A stretch of 64,000 nucleotides of DNA, from assembly GCF_009914755.1 (NCBI RefSeq), contig NC_060941.1. One strand, 5' to 3'. This document shows, one piece after another, positions 1-16,567 of this stretch. Under the pieces are notes generated by a model. It was given only the letters and a program-made list of their open reading frames with translations. It was not told the origin of the DNA and searched no databases. Source of the stretch: the human T2T-CHM13v2.0 reference genome, Homo sapiens. The translations under genes and the position numbers were made by a program. The number at the start of each line of letters is the position of its first letter. The first letter of the stretch is position 1.

Positions 1-980
1 TTATCTGTCTCTCAGCAGACTAAGTGCCCCCTGAAAGCTACATGTTGCATTTTTCATCCCCCTGCCACCCCTCAGTGCCCAGCCAGAAGCCTAGAACCTG
101 GCAAGTTCTCAGTGTTCAGCAATTCTCATATGTGAGTGAAGGCAGAAGGAGTTTATGGTCCAAAGAGTTCCTCATGAAGGTAAAAGTGTTGTGGAAAGGG
201 CGAGGCAGCTGGGTGAGGCTTGTCAAGAAGGTGGCAAGGCCTTGGCCAATAGTCTCCTTTGACTAGCTGTGCAACTCCCCACTCATCTGTATGCAACATC
301 CTGTCTCACCTGTTGTGGTTTTGCTACCCAGAAGGCCACGTGGCCATACCAGGAGCTTCTGTCCTCCCCAACACCTGGCCCAATATACTGCCCTTGCCAC
401 CATGCGCAACCCAGAGGGTTCAGGTGGTTTACTCCAATAAACTTTTTCCCACAAGAACCCCAGCTACTTTGGAGGAGCACTGCCACATGCCAAGCATGCC
501 ACCAGGTGCCATATGTACAGTGACTCATTTAACTCTCACAGAAGTCCTATGAGTCAGGTGTTGGTCCTCCCTTCCCTTCCATTTTACAAGTGGAAGAACT
601 GAGAGCTTTGCAGAAGCTACGTACTTTTCTGATGTGTTCTTAACCACTATGCTGGAATCCCCAGCAGCTGACTTTTGTTTCCAGTAGTGTCAAGAGCTGG
701 GAGACACTTTCGATGAGAAAATAAGGCTTAGAAAGGAAACTTCATTCCTATTTCACCCAGGGTGATGGCAGAGCTTGCAGTAGAGCCTGGACTGGTATCC
801 TGTCTCTTGACTTCCGGCTCAGTGCTAGCCCACCATTGTGCACCAACCCCAGCTTCAGCCAGCCTATGTGGGAATGATTAGGAAGCAAACAACTCCACAA
901 GGAAGGCCAAGGAATGACCCCTGCCTCCCTGTCCACCCAGCCAGTCGTGAGTTGACAGGATGGGAAAGACGTCTTCCTAC

Positions 981-1094
981 CTTTCCAGCACCACTCTCTC
1001 CACTGACAACAATAGACTGGTTGACTGGTTCAATCAGGCTCTTGACATTCCTGTAGGTCTGTTCACCCACAGTGAACACATGGGGCTTCAGTTT
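981..1094 (-). CDS. MYO19: MYO19 coding exon (motor domain, P-loop); gene continues beyond window start
   Basis: AG/GT-bounded 114-nt exon encoding KLKPHVFTVGEQTYRNVKSLIEPVNQSIVVSGESGAGK; GESGAGK is the myosin P-loop. Confidence 0.96.
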
Positions 1095-1454
1095 CTGGAA
1101 CATCAAGGAGTGAAAGGTCATGTGAGGGAATGCCTGTTTTTCAATGATGACTGAGCCAATGATGACTGAGATGGGGAGGCTGCCAATAGCAGTGGTGGGA
1201 TGCTTCCTCCAGAAAAATTTTCTGGATGTCACATTGTTAGGCCCAACTTTAGAACCCCTATGTTGGCTTTACCTATTCATTTTCTCTCAGCCTAGAAGCA
1301 GGGCTAGCCTTGACCAGTTTATGACATTAACACTTTATACCCCCATCTTATCTTGCTTTAATTGTCTTATCCTTCTGCCTATTACTTCATATTACTATAA
1401 TTTGCAATTTGCAAAGTTCGTATAAACTACTAAGAAGCCTGTCCACTAATTGGA

Positions 1455-1560
1455 AATATAACCCTATTTTATAGATAAGGAATGTGAGGTTCAGAGGAGT
1501 TAAATAACCTTGCAAGGCCACTCAGCAAGTAAGTATATCCATGTGATTTAAATTCCAAAG
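1455..1560 (-). mobile_element. MIR fragment (others near 4370-4575, 8860-9000, 9620-9730)
   Basis: attttatagataaggaatgtgaggttcagagg...ttgcaaggccactcagc resembles the MIR core. Confidence 0.65.
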
Positions 1561-2640
1561 CCACTGTTCCCCTTTTCTTCAACAACTATTAACTGTCTTC
1601 AATGTACTAGGCATCAATCAAGCTGGATGCTGAGGAAACATAGGGGACTACGACTTGGCTTTTACTTTTCCGGAGGCAGGGCAGACAGCAGACAGGGCTC
1701 TCAGGACAGACTGCCCCTGGATTCCAACTGGATACCTCATCACGCATGAACTTCTGGAGGGCCACGCCATCTCCACAATGCCTAGCTAACCCAGCCAGCA
1801 GTGATCACTTACCCACAGCTTGCTGAGGGAGAAGGCAACTGTTCCATATGGCGTCAGAGCCACTCCTCTCTACACCTGCCCTTGCCCCAGCCACCTATCA
1901 CCTGGAGGGATACAAAGCCTCCAACTGTTGTCTCTGCCTCCTGCCTCACCTTCTTGAACCCAACTCCCACAGTAATTATTCGTCTAGTGGGTTCTGTTCC
2001 CAGTCCCACCTCTACCTGGATGAAGATGCTCTGCAGATTCTCTCTGCCTGCTATGGTGCTTCAGACTCTTCACAAACAACCCTGGCTTTCTCGTCTTCCT
2101 GCTCTCATCTACTCCCTCTTGCCCCCAAGACCTCCCTCCTGCCAGCAAGTTTTCTCTCACCTCTCCCTGAATGCATCATGCACTTTTACACCAACAAGCT
2201 CATTATCTGTCTGTACCTCCACCACCCCACCCCAAATAACTTATCCTTTTCTCAGTAAAAGAATAAGTTACTTTCCTCAGCAGAGATAAACATATGCTGA
2301 ATTTTCCAGGGCAATCCTTATCGTGTATAATTTCATTCTTTCCTAAAAAGGTAGTTTTGCTGGACTCAGTGGCTCATGCCTATAATCTCAGCACTTTGGG
2401 AGGCTACGGCAGGTGGATCACTTGAGGTCAGGAGTTCGAGACCAGCCTGGCCAACATGGTGAAACCCCATCTCTACTAAAAATACAAAAATTAGCCGGGC
2501 ATGGTGGTGGGCACCTGTAGTCCCAGCTACTCGGGAGGCTGAGGCACAAGAATCACTTGAACCCTGGAGGCGGAGGTTGCGGTGAGTCAAGATCGCACTA
2601 CTGCGCTCCAGCCTGGGTGACAGGGAGAGACTCAGTCTCA

Positions 2641-2769
<129 letters not shown>

Positions 2770-3303
2770 TTAGCCAGGTGTGGTGGCATATGCCTGTAAT
2801 CCCAGCTACTCAGGAGGCTGAAGCAGGAGAATTGCTTGAACTCAGGAGGTGGAGGTTGCGCTGAGCCCAGATCATGCCATTGCACTCCAGTCTGGGCAAT
2901 AAGACTGAAACTCCATCTCAAAATAAATAAATAAATAAATAAATAATAATAAAAAATAAAAAGGTAGTTTGTTAAATAAACAAATATATAATACCTTTAT
3001 AAATCCTTTCCTGTTAATAAAACCGCAAACAAGAAAAAAAAATCCTTTCTCTTATGTCTCTTATTTTAGGTTCCAAACTCAGTTAAACAAATATTTATTT
3101 ATTCCCCACTTTGCACCTTCTGTCCTGTAGTCAGTTCTTCATGGTTCAAAATTCTGCCAGCTCCTATTGGGCAGGCCGTGGCACTAGCAGACTCTGAATG
3201 ACCACATTGCTGGTGAATAGATGAATAAGGACAGGGGTAACTGCAAAGAGGTTTAGCGGGAGGTAGAGGAGCCCTGAGGCCACAGGCAGCGGCAGAGCCT
3301 TAC

Positions 3304-3452
3304 CTGGGGCTGAGGCGCAGCATGGTACTCTCTCATTAGCTCGGGCGAGTAGAGCTGAGGAACAGGCTTGAAGGGGTTCAAGGCTACCAGGGTGCAGCCA
3401 GCATTGGTGTAGAATGTGTCTGCCATGTACCGGGCCTGCAGGCACCTCAGGA
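3304..3452 (-). CDS. MYO19: MYO19 coding exon
   Basis: 149 nt, phase 1 to 0, (V)LRCLQARYMADTFYTNAGCTLVALNPFKPVPQLYSPELMREYHAAPQPQ; myosin-type YT.AG..LVALNPF motif; canonical splice sites. Confidence 0.95.
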
Positions 3453-3816
3453 CTGAGGCAGAGATGCCTTTAGCAAACTCGGGCTCAAATATAGTCAAAC
3501 CACACACACAGACACACATCTACTTAAGTAACAGCCCTCTTTCTGCAATTAGCCAAGAATCATTAAATCCCAGCAGCTCCCTGAAGAAAAGATACAAGAT
3601 CTAATTAAGATGAGCTCCAAATCTGAAGCAAAGCATGCCCTGGGGAGCCCAGGTGCAGCTGTCATGCTCCCTCAGGCGGAGGTCTGGAGCAGCCCACCTG
3701 GCTCCAGATCAGGAGTCCTGCCGACCTCCGTCTGACCTGGAGAAGCTGTGCTGACTACTCTCATTACACCTCCAACCTCCTGGAGATGATACTCCTGAGG
3801 AATGGGAGGCCCATAC

Positions 3817-3955
3817 CTGTCTCTAGTGTCACAGGATTCACCCTGGTGAGGTCATCCAGTTTGTACAGCAGGACCTCCCCACCCAGGAACTCCTGCAGGT
3901 CTTCTCTGAGGTACTCCCTGGCTTGGCCATCAGACCCCGGATTGTGGCCATTGAC
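3817..3955 (-). CDS. MYO19: MYO19 coding exon
   Basis: 139 nt, VNGHNPGSDGQAREYLREDLQEFLGGEVLLYKLDDLTRVNPVTLET; TTCCAG acceptor, GTATGG donor; phase fits next exon. Confidence 0.95.
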
Positions 3956-4109
3956 CTGGAAGAGATAACGTGAAGGTGAGGCCAGGCACAGTGGCTCATG
4001 CCTATAATCCCAGCACTCTGGGAGGCCAAGGCGGGCAGGACACAAAGTGAGGAGATCGAGACCATCCTGGTTAACACGGTGAAACCCCGTCTCTACTAAA
4101 AAAAATTCA

Positions 4110-4325
<216 letters not shown>

Positions 4326-5642
4326 CTACAGAAGGGTGGGAACCTGTATAGTAGAAGGAGACTCTGGTATCATAGTCTGGTTGGGTTCAAATTTCAGTTC
4401 TGCCTCTTAGTAGCCCTGTGAGCCTGGGTAAGTTACCCTCTTTGAGTCACAGTTTGTTTATTCGTAAATAAAGGAAAATAAACTCAACTGACAAGGTTAT
4501 TGGGAAGAAAAGAAGAGATATACAAAGCATTTAGTCAGTGCCCGGCATACAGCATGTACTCAACAAATGCTATCTCTTCTGCCAAGAGCTCCGGCCACTT
4601 GCAAGTAGCACTTCCAGGCTACTAGCCTTATTAGAAATAAGGCTATAGGAATGTTGCAAAGGAAAAGAACCATGGGTTAGGCCTTTTTGGGAAGAGACAG
4701 TTCAGCTTTTGATGTAAAACAGCTGTACCTTCTGAGAGAGGTAGCCCCATGTCTTCATCACCTGCCTTTTGTGGCTTAAATTTAGGCTGGCTAATGAATT
4801 GGTTCCCTTGGCCCGAGTCTGCTTGAGAGAAAGCCTGGCTCAGACGGCTGTCTGAGGTCAAGAATAAGCACCAAGGGAACAGGTCCTTTCTCCTCCCTTG
4901 CCTATCTTTTTTTTTTCCTTTCTTTTTTAAGAGATGGAGTCTTGCTCTGCTACCCAGGCTGCAGTGCAGTGGCATGATCATATCTCACTGCAGCCTCCAA
5001 CTCCTGAGCTCAAGTGATCCTTCTGCCTCAGCTTCCTGAGTAATTGGGACTAGAGGCATGAGTCACCCTATCTTCCTTTGCCCATTCTTGATGTATCATC
5101 CCTCCACTTCCTCCTGTGGTCCCATTTCTCCTACTGTCTCCTTTGGGGATGCAGGAAAGACAGAGTGGGGGTTGAAGACAGGTATCTTGCTGAAATGTGC
5201 TTTTGAAGGAAGAGGTCTGTGATACAACAGGTGAATTTCCAATGAGAATGGTGAGCCTAAAATTTCAAATCTCTCATAGAAATAAGCCATGGTGGCAAAT
5301 TTCCTCCAAGAGGCCCAGTAATGCATTTCTTCCAAAACTGTTGCCTGTTCTCTGAACTTTGGGCCCACTATAATGCACAAGGTAGGCTCTTGGCCTCCAG
5401 AGTAACTGCGGAGGTCAGAGCACAGCTATATCTATGCATATCCCTCTCCTTTTATGAAGGGGAAAAAAAAACCACCACTACACAAACCATTCACAAACAC
5501 AGACACAATTTATGAAGAGTTCTGATCCAACCAGAGAGGCATCTGAGTATAGTGATCAAGTACCTGGACTTGAAAGTTAGTTGTCTGGCTCTGAATCCTG
5601 ACTCTATCTCTTACAGTTATATACTCTTATGTTAATTTCTTA

Positions 5643-5915
<273 letters not shown>

Positions 5916-6087
5916 TTAGCTGGGCATTATGGCATGTGCCTGTAACCCCAGCTATTCTAGAGGCTGAGGCAGGAGGGTTGCTTCAGCCCAGGAGGTCGAG
6001 GCTACAGTGAGCTATGGGGATATCACTGCACTGGGCAACAAAGTGAGACCCTGTCTCTAAATAATTATTTAAAGTTCTTTTCTGTAA

Positions 6088-6752
<665 letters not shown>

Positions 6753-6984
6753 TGAGGCAGACGGATCACTTGAGGTCAGGAGTTTGAGACCAGCCTTGTC
6801 TACAGAGTGAGACTCCATCTCTAAAATAAAAATAAATAAACAAAAATTATTAAAAAAAATTTGGAGGCTGGGCGCGGTGGCTCACGCCTGTAGTCCCAGC
6901 ACTTTGGGAGGCCGAGGTGGGTGGATCACGAGGTCAGGAGATCGAGACCATCCTGGCTAACACGGTGAAACCCCATCTCTACTA

Positions 6985-7248
<264 letters not shown>

Positions 7249-8279
7249 TCATAGGTTTTTTCCCCTACATACTTTAAAAACATTGAAAAGTATTATATTT
7301 TTGTGTAACTTGCTTTATTCCATTGTATTGATATACCTTTTTTTTAATAAGAGAAAAAAAAAGTTTAAAAATAAGCAAGAAAAAAGCCCAGAGCAGTCAA
7401 CTGTTTTGCCCACTTCTTACCTTCAAACCTGTTCCAGGAGCCATATGGCTGGAAGGTCAAGCTGCAGTGTCTACTATGGCTCCCTTGATGCTGGCAGGCC
7501 CCACACCTGGCTGCTACCTTGCTGATGTCAGGCACTTACCTACCCAAGACTCCACTAGACTCTGAGCTCCTTGAGGGCAAGCACCAACCTCAACATCTGC
7601 CTCAGCCCAGTGCCTGGCAACACTTGGTAAAATAAAAAGTCAGCAAATAAGTACTGGCACTCTCTCAGGACCAAGAGTTACACATGAAGGATGATATGGG
7701 TATGAGAGAGAGCTCCGCTGTAAAAGGTGATTTGGAATCCTACAGGCCTGGGGCAACAGTAGCCTTTTCAGAGAGGCAGAGACATGGGGATCATGTAACC
7801 CATGATCCACTCATTAGAATCCTTCTATATTTCCTCATAGTCTCCTACATTTCTGCACAGGCTGACCTCTTTGCCTGGAGTGCTTATTTTCCTTCTCCAA
7901 GTGGCTAATTCTTTCTAGTTCTTTAAGGCTTAGCTTCAAGGAACACATCCTCTTGGAAGCCCCAGGCTTCTACTATGCCTCAACAATTCAGGTGGCAGGG
8001 ACATCTCTCAGGACTTCCTCTGCAGAATCCCCAAAGTGCCCTAAGGATTCCCTTACCCATCCCACCTTACCTATCCCAAAGAAAGGAGCTAAAAACCACA
8101 AGACAGATTCAAATTAGGTATCAGGAAGAGTTTCTTGATGATGAGTAAAAGGCACTGGAGAGACAATTTGAGGAGAGAAAAGAGACCTTTAAGGGGGCTT
8201 TCCCTTCCTTCCAGGTTAGGGCTAGCAACAGATGCTGCAGGTGCTTGAGGGCCTGGGTTATCTAAGGTTGAGGTTTTAC

Positions 8280-8291
8280 CTGCTGGAGCAT
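8280..8291 (-). CDS. MYO19: MYO19 start (MLQQ) at the 3' end of exon 8280-8434
   Basis: AGG-ATG CTC CAG CAG then GTAAAA donor; pyrimidine tract and CACAG acceptor at 8435-8436; gives the known N-terminus MLQQVNGHNPG. Confidence 0.9.
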
Positions 8292-9705
8292 CCTCCTTCA
8301 AAGTGGTCAGCCAGGGTTCTGGGTTGCAGGAGGTACAAGGAGTACTATCCACCTAGTCATGGGACCATGGGCTGGGGTATGGTTCCAACAAAGGGCTCAG
8401 TTCTGGAGGAATCTCAGACAAGTCACTCCAGCGCCTGTGGCATGAGAGAGAAGACAAGGACCACACACAGGTGAGGGCTTTTCTGGAGTGACTCACTCAC
8501 TCCTTCCCACCTAGCAGAAGCAACCAAAATGAGATGCAAGGCAGGCCTGGGCGGAGAGTGGGCCTGTCCTTTCCCTTGCCAATTAGGAGACAGGGAAACT
8601 TTTATGAGAGCCTCAGAGGCTCCCTGGGCCAGTTTTATTACAGGGTTAGGGTTTGGGTTGGGGTGGGGCTGCAAACCCTCTGGGTCAGTGTGCCATGGAG
8701 GAGGAGTAAGACACTGGGGAGACAGAGAAGCCTTGTGCCCTATCCTCTACATTAGACAGAAATATCCTATTTCAGTCGTTGGTGAGGAGGAGAGGCTGGA
8801 GTCATCTCTCGCTGCTCCAGGAAAGGTGTGGTGTGGTAGTTTATATCACAGTTCAATCACTCACTGGGTGTGTGATCCTGGGTCAGGCACATCACCTACC
8901 TCAATTTCTTACCTTGAAAATGGGGACAGTTAAATCTGCCTCATAAGGAGTGGTTGTGAAGGTCAATGAGGTCATGGTTTGACAGCACCACACAAAGTAC
9001 GAATCTGAGTATTCACTCAGAGGATAAACACTGTTAGCACTACGACTAAGGGTTGATGATCCATTTGGGAGCGCTAATCAGGTGAACGGTCCAGTGTCAA
9101 CTTCAAGAAGGTGAGGATTTCAGGGAGATGAATCCATCTGGGAGGTGGGGTGTTGTGAGGCTGGGCCTAAGCCAATCTTTGAAGAATGGTTAAGTGACCC
9201 TCAGACTTGGAATTTTCTAGGCCTTGGCACCACCCCTAGCAAGGAGAGATGAGGCTGAGGGTGAAGCGTGCCTGCAATGGATTAACCCTGGTGGAGACTT
9301 TCTTGAGGCTCTGAATACATCAAGTCTTTAAAGAACCCAGGGATAGGGACTTCCATAGAAGCTGGAAAAAGGACAATTGAGGCGGAAACAGGTATCAGGA
9401 CCGTGCTGGACCACTTAAGGTGTGGTGCTACAGCCCTAAAAGATCCTGACCCTGGACACTGACTGTACCCCATCCAAGGGACAGCCATGCAGAGGGCTCC
9501 AGAGAACAAAGCTCTTTCAACTGGGAACTCATCTCAAGCAATAGGTCCAGAGGGGCAGCACAACAGGTTTGGGGTTTGAATCCAAAACCCAAGGCCCCTG
9601 GCACAGAACCCAAGAACTAAGCCTCACTCTGTTTCCTCGTTTACAAAACGGAGTGATAATATCCAGATCTCACGGGGCTAAATGAAGCGTTAAAGGGGCT
9701 AATAC

Positions 9706-9857
9706 CTGTGAAAGCGCTCTGCAAATGTTATTACGATGCAGCATCAGCTCCTAGCTGGAGTCAAGTGAGATTAGAGCAGTTTTCTCCAGTTCTCCCAGCT
9801 CCTGCTCCAGTCGGTTTCGCGGTTACCAGCCAAGAATTTCTGGAAAGGGTGTGAACA
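9706..9857 (-). other. MYO19: Probable MYO19 non-coding 5'UTR exon
   Basis: CTCCTTTCTGCCCACAG acceptor and CAG/GTATTA donor bracket 152 nt between the promoter and the ATG exon. Confidence 0.65.
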
Positions 9858-10513
9858 CTGTGGGCAGAAAGGAGACGGTAATGAGTAAATGGAACACCGA
9901 ATCAAGGCAAGTGGCAACCTGATCACCAGTCCCTCCTTCTCAGACTGTTTCTTTCTAGGCATGGAGGACAGTGGGAGGGCAGACGCTGAGAAGCGCTGGG
10001 TAAGGATCTCATCAGTCCAGCTGGCTCCGCCCCCAGGTTCCCGGCGGGAACCGGGGACTCAAGGTCCGGGCGTCGTGCCGCAAACCCAGGGCTGGGATGC
10101 CGTTCCGGAAGCACCTGGCACGGGGAGAGTATGTCCTTCCCAGGAAGGTGGACGTGACCCCAGCCAAGGGCGCAGCTGCCCTGACACCTCCCGGGACCAG
10201 CCGCCCCCTCCCGGGGTCCTCAGCTGGGCGAAGAGTGGAGCAAGGACCCTCTCCCCCCAGGCCGCCCCCTGCCGGCCAGGTGGAAAGGTGGAGGGTGATC
10301 AAGAAAGACTTGTTTCAAGCAAGAGCCAAGAGCTGGGCTACCCCCTCGTGAGACACAAGAGGGTCAAAAGGAAAAGGCAAAAAGGAGGGAAACGGCGCTT
10401 TGGAAGGGGAGGTGGAGACGCCTACTTCTTCCTCACCGCTGCGGGGCAAACTGGCCTCCCAAGCCCCTTCCGCGTCTGAAGGGCTTCAGATATAGGTTCG
10501 GGTTGACACTCAC

Positions 10514-10650
10514 CGGTCCCACGGCCCGAGCCGCCGTGCTTCAGGCCCCCGCCCGGCCAGACTGGAAAGGCGGGCGGGCCAGGTCAGGCGGCGGGAAGAA
10601 CACGGGCAGGAGAGAAAAGAGGAGGGGCAAGAGCGTGCAGTGAGGAAAGG
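10514..10650 (-). other. MYO19: Probable MYO19 first exon (5' limit uncertain)
   Basis: Consensus donor CCG/GTGAGT at 10513 inside a CpG island. Confidence 0.6.
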
Positions 10651-11234
10651 AACCTGGGAGCGCCGAACCGCACCCCGTCGGCTGCGGCACTGCTAAGTGG
10701 CCGGGGGTCGGCCGGCTCCTCCCTAGGGGCGGGGCGAGCACTCGCGGCGCGGGGCGCGCACGTGGCTTGGCCGGGACGCCTGGTCCGGCTTGCTGGCTTC
10801 AACTACGGTGAGATGTTTTGCGACCCTGGGGTAAAATGAGGGTAAAGCGGCAGCTTCCCACGTTCTGGGGGAGAAGCGCGGAAGCACGGTTTCCTGGGCC
10901 TTCGGGCGACACCAGGACTGGGGGTCTTTCAGTAGAGGTCGCCGCGGCGGAGTCTTGTGCGAGTGCGGCGGAGTGTTGTGCGAGTCCGGCGGACACCATT
11001 ACCCTGATAGGGCCTCGCCGTGAGGTCTGAGGGGCCGTGTGAGGTGCATGGCGCGCCGTTTCCTCTCCAGGCGCTCCTCTCAGGGCTACGGCCCTAGAAG
11101 ATCTGGCCTGCACCAGCCCAAAGGACATGACAGGAGTGGGTAGCCCACGGGACACTGGCACGAGCGCCATGATGGGCGGAGACGCGCGGAATCGGCCGGC
11201 CCGGAAGTGCCAGCTGCCTGCGTCGGCCGGAAGT

Positions 11235-11345
11235 GCCGCGCGGGAGGCGGAAGCGGCTGGTTCCCGCGTGGTTTGGCGGGTGCAGCGGCAGTCCGGCTGC
11301 CCTTCCCACGTAGACCGTCTGCTGGGGGCGCCGGCACCATTTGGA
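11235..11345 (+). other. PIGW: Candidate PIGW non-coding first exon (alternative donor ACG/GTGAGA at 10807)
   Basis: Lies downstream of the ETS pair; donor-like GGA/GTACGT at 11346; PIGW coding exon has an acceptor so needs an upstream exon. Confidence 0.5.
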
Positions 11346-12298
11346 GTACGTGAGGTATACGGGTAGGGCGCGGCCAGGTCGGGCGTCTGTTAGGAAAAAG
11401 ACTTTTTATTTTTATGTTTATTTTTTAAGAGACGGAGTCTCGCTCTGTCGCCCAGGTAGGAGTGCAGTGGCGCGATCTCGGCTCACTGCTGCCTTCCACC
11501 TCTGGGCTCAAGCGATCCTCCCGCCTCAGCCTGGCATTACAGGCGCGCACCACCACGCTCAGCTAATTTTTAATTTTTCTTTTTTTTTTTTTCACTCCTG
11601 GCCTTAAGCGATCCTCTCTCCTCCCAAAGCGCTAGGATTGCAGGCATGAACCACTTCTCTCGGCTAGGACTTTTATTTTTAATGGTCAACTGATTTGAGT
11701 TGGTTACTGTGAGATATTGTCACAGGTTCCAGACAGGCCATAATGCACGCATGCATTCACTTACTTATTCAGCTCATGGTACATTTAGAAACTCTAGGTT
11801 CATGTTTAACCAACAAATGTGTTCTTCCAGTATGCCGTTTTTCAGACAATGATGTGTGGCATTCAGAGGTGTTTTACAACCCTTAATAAAAGAGCAACTA
11901 ACACTAGTATGTGCTATACATCCATTCTTAATGCACCCACCGTACCTACTTCCATCCTAACCTGAAAACATAGCTGTCTGTAAATGAGGAAAGGAGCAGC
12001 CTGGGGATCCAGAAATCACTGCAGGGGTCACGTTTTGTACCAAGGCAGTAGGTTTGGAGAGGCTCTGAACTGGAACCAAGGCCCCCAACTTCAAAATGTA
12101 CTTGGCCCCTAGCGTTTGAATTTGCTTTAAGGTCATTAGTAAATCCTATTCAATTTGCATCAAAGAATCTTCATGATACGTACTGTGCTCCATAATAGAA
12201 ATTCCCATCTGCCTATGATGCCATTCTCAGAGTTTATATCCCAAATTCGCTCTCTTTTCCTTTGCTTTTTCTTTTCCTTTTTTTTTTTTTTTTTTTGA

Positions 12299-12607
<309 letters not shown>

Positions 12608-12650
12608 TAGCTGAAGCTTTGTAACCAATAATTTAATATTATTAGTATGA

Positions 12651-14369
<1,719 letters not shown>

Positions 14370-14510
14370 TCAGCAGGAGTAGGATATATAAGTATTTGGG
14401 CAATATTTAATGAGGAATATTAATTGTAAAGAAATTGTGCTTTTGGCAACAGTGTTAACCATATTTTATTATAAAATAGTTTCAGTCATCTAAACAGCAG
14501 TGATGCTTAA

Positions 14511-14743
<233 letters not shown>

Positions 14744-14835
14744 TGATAACACCCACCTTGGCCTCCCAAAGTGCTGGGATTACAGGTGTGAGCCACCACA
14801 CTGGGCCAATGCTTAATATTTTAATGTATCTCAAC

Positions 14836-15106
14836 AATAAAACCAAGAAGAAACAAAGCCTTTTGACTTGTTAGAATGTATTAAGTAGTATTTTAAAGAA
14901 ACTTTATAGTTGTGACATTGAAAGACTGTTGGGGTGGGGGGAGGAAAATTTTTACTTTCCATCTTAATGTAACCTTATGCTATTCTGTATTTTTACTGTA
15001 TATTGCTTTTACAATAAATATAAAATGAAATGTTTATGTTGACATTTCAGTGTGAACTGTGGATTGTCAATACTTGTTTATTGCTCAATTTAAATTTTTG
15101 AATAAA
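14836..15106 (+). terminator. PIGW polyadenylation signals
   Basis: AATAAA at 14836, 15013 and 15101; 15013 is preceded by TGTA elements and followed by GU-rich sequence. Confidence 0.6.
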
Positions 15107-16090
15107 ACCTAGGACTAAGAAGCAAGTGTTTAAAATCAAACACTCCAATGTGCAGATGGGTGGATATAAAAAGAAAAATTTTAAAAATAAAATACTTATA
15201 TACTATGAAGTCAGACAGTTAAATGCACCAAAGAATAGATGGAAGGCTGGGCATGGTGACTCACGCCTGTAATCCTAGCACTTTGGGAGGCTGAGGTGGG
15301 AGGATTGCTTGGGCCCAGGAGTTCAAGACCATCCTGGGAAACAGTGAGACCCTGTCTACAAAAAAAAAAATAGACTGAATTGGATGTTATATTATAGCTT
15401 ATACACATAATAATTACGAGACAAAGTTTTGCTTTGGGATTAATTCATCTTTTAGCCTACCCTATGCTAGGGATTTAAGAAGCACAGCACAAATTTCCTG
15501 ATACCTCAGAGCTTGCAATCTAGTGGAGGAAACAGACATTAAACATCTATTGTGAAATGCTAAGTTATGAAGAAAAAGCATAGGTTGTCAAGAGTGTCAA
15601 ATCAAGAACTGACCTAGTAAGGAGTCAAGTTTTCCCCACAGATTTTTTTTTTTTTTTGAGCTAGAGCTGATTAGTGGGATGAGGAGTTATAAAGTCTTAT
15701 GTGTCTGGGGGCTGGGGGGCAAATGGCAGAGAACATTATAGATGGATGACTCCCTCAGCAAAAGTCCTACGTTGGGAGGGCACCAAGCACATAATGGAAT
15801 TGAAAGAAGGCTGAACACAGAAGAAGGAAGAGCATGGGCAGAGAGCTGGAGAGGCAGGCAGGGGCCACATCAGGCATCCTCACCTACCATGCTAAGGGAA
15901 AGGAGAACCAATAAGAAAGATGAGAGTCATCAAGTACCCAGTGTAATTTAATAAAACTATGGCTAAATTAAGGTTTAATTTAAATCTGTAAAAAATAGAG
16001 ATGGGGTTGCCCAGGCTGGTCTCAAATTCCTGGCTTCACGTGATCCTCCCATCACAGCCTCCCAAAGTGCTGGGATTACAGGCGTCGTGA

Positions 16091-16360
<270 letters not shown>

Positions 16361-16470
16361 TGATCCGCCCACCTTGGTCTCCCAAAGTGCTGGGATATAG
16401 GCATGAGCCACCGCACCCAACCAGGTGTGTTTATTTTTGACAGATAAAACAGAACTTCCCAGTGTCAGCT

Positions 16471-16567
16471 CATGAAAAAGAAAACCCAATCCACAGATCC
16501 TCAGGTTTAGGTCACTATGGTAATTTAAATAACATTCTGTGGCCATAGATTGTCTTACCACATAAAA
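16471..16567 (-). pseudogene. Fossil collagen IV NC1-domain exon
   Basis: CACAG acceptor at 16568-16569; reads HRMLFKLP**PKPEDLWIGFSF then (frameshift) M, matching the NC1 consensus HSQTxxIPxCPxGWxSLWIGYSFxM. Confidence 0.7.

Larger units (their letters stand above)
9990..11390. promoter_or_regulatory. CpG island / bidirectional MYO19-PIGW promoter
   Basis: GC/CpG-rich; GC box 10726-10735, E-box CACGTG 10759-10764, two CCGGAAGTG ETS sites 11201-11209 and 11227-11235; genes diverge from here. Confidence 0.85.

Noticed and set aside
1801-2289. 162-aa and 136-aa plus-strand ORFs in a MYO19 intron
   Set aside because: Pyrimidine-rich, low-complexity, probably old repeat sequence; no splice or domain support
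15030-15110. Possible terminal NC1 exon of the collagen fossil (CCTAG acceptor, KCQ resembling SRCQVC)
   Set aside because: Match too short and frame unclear; not counted as evidence
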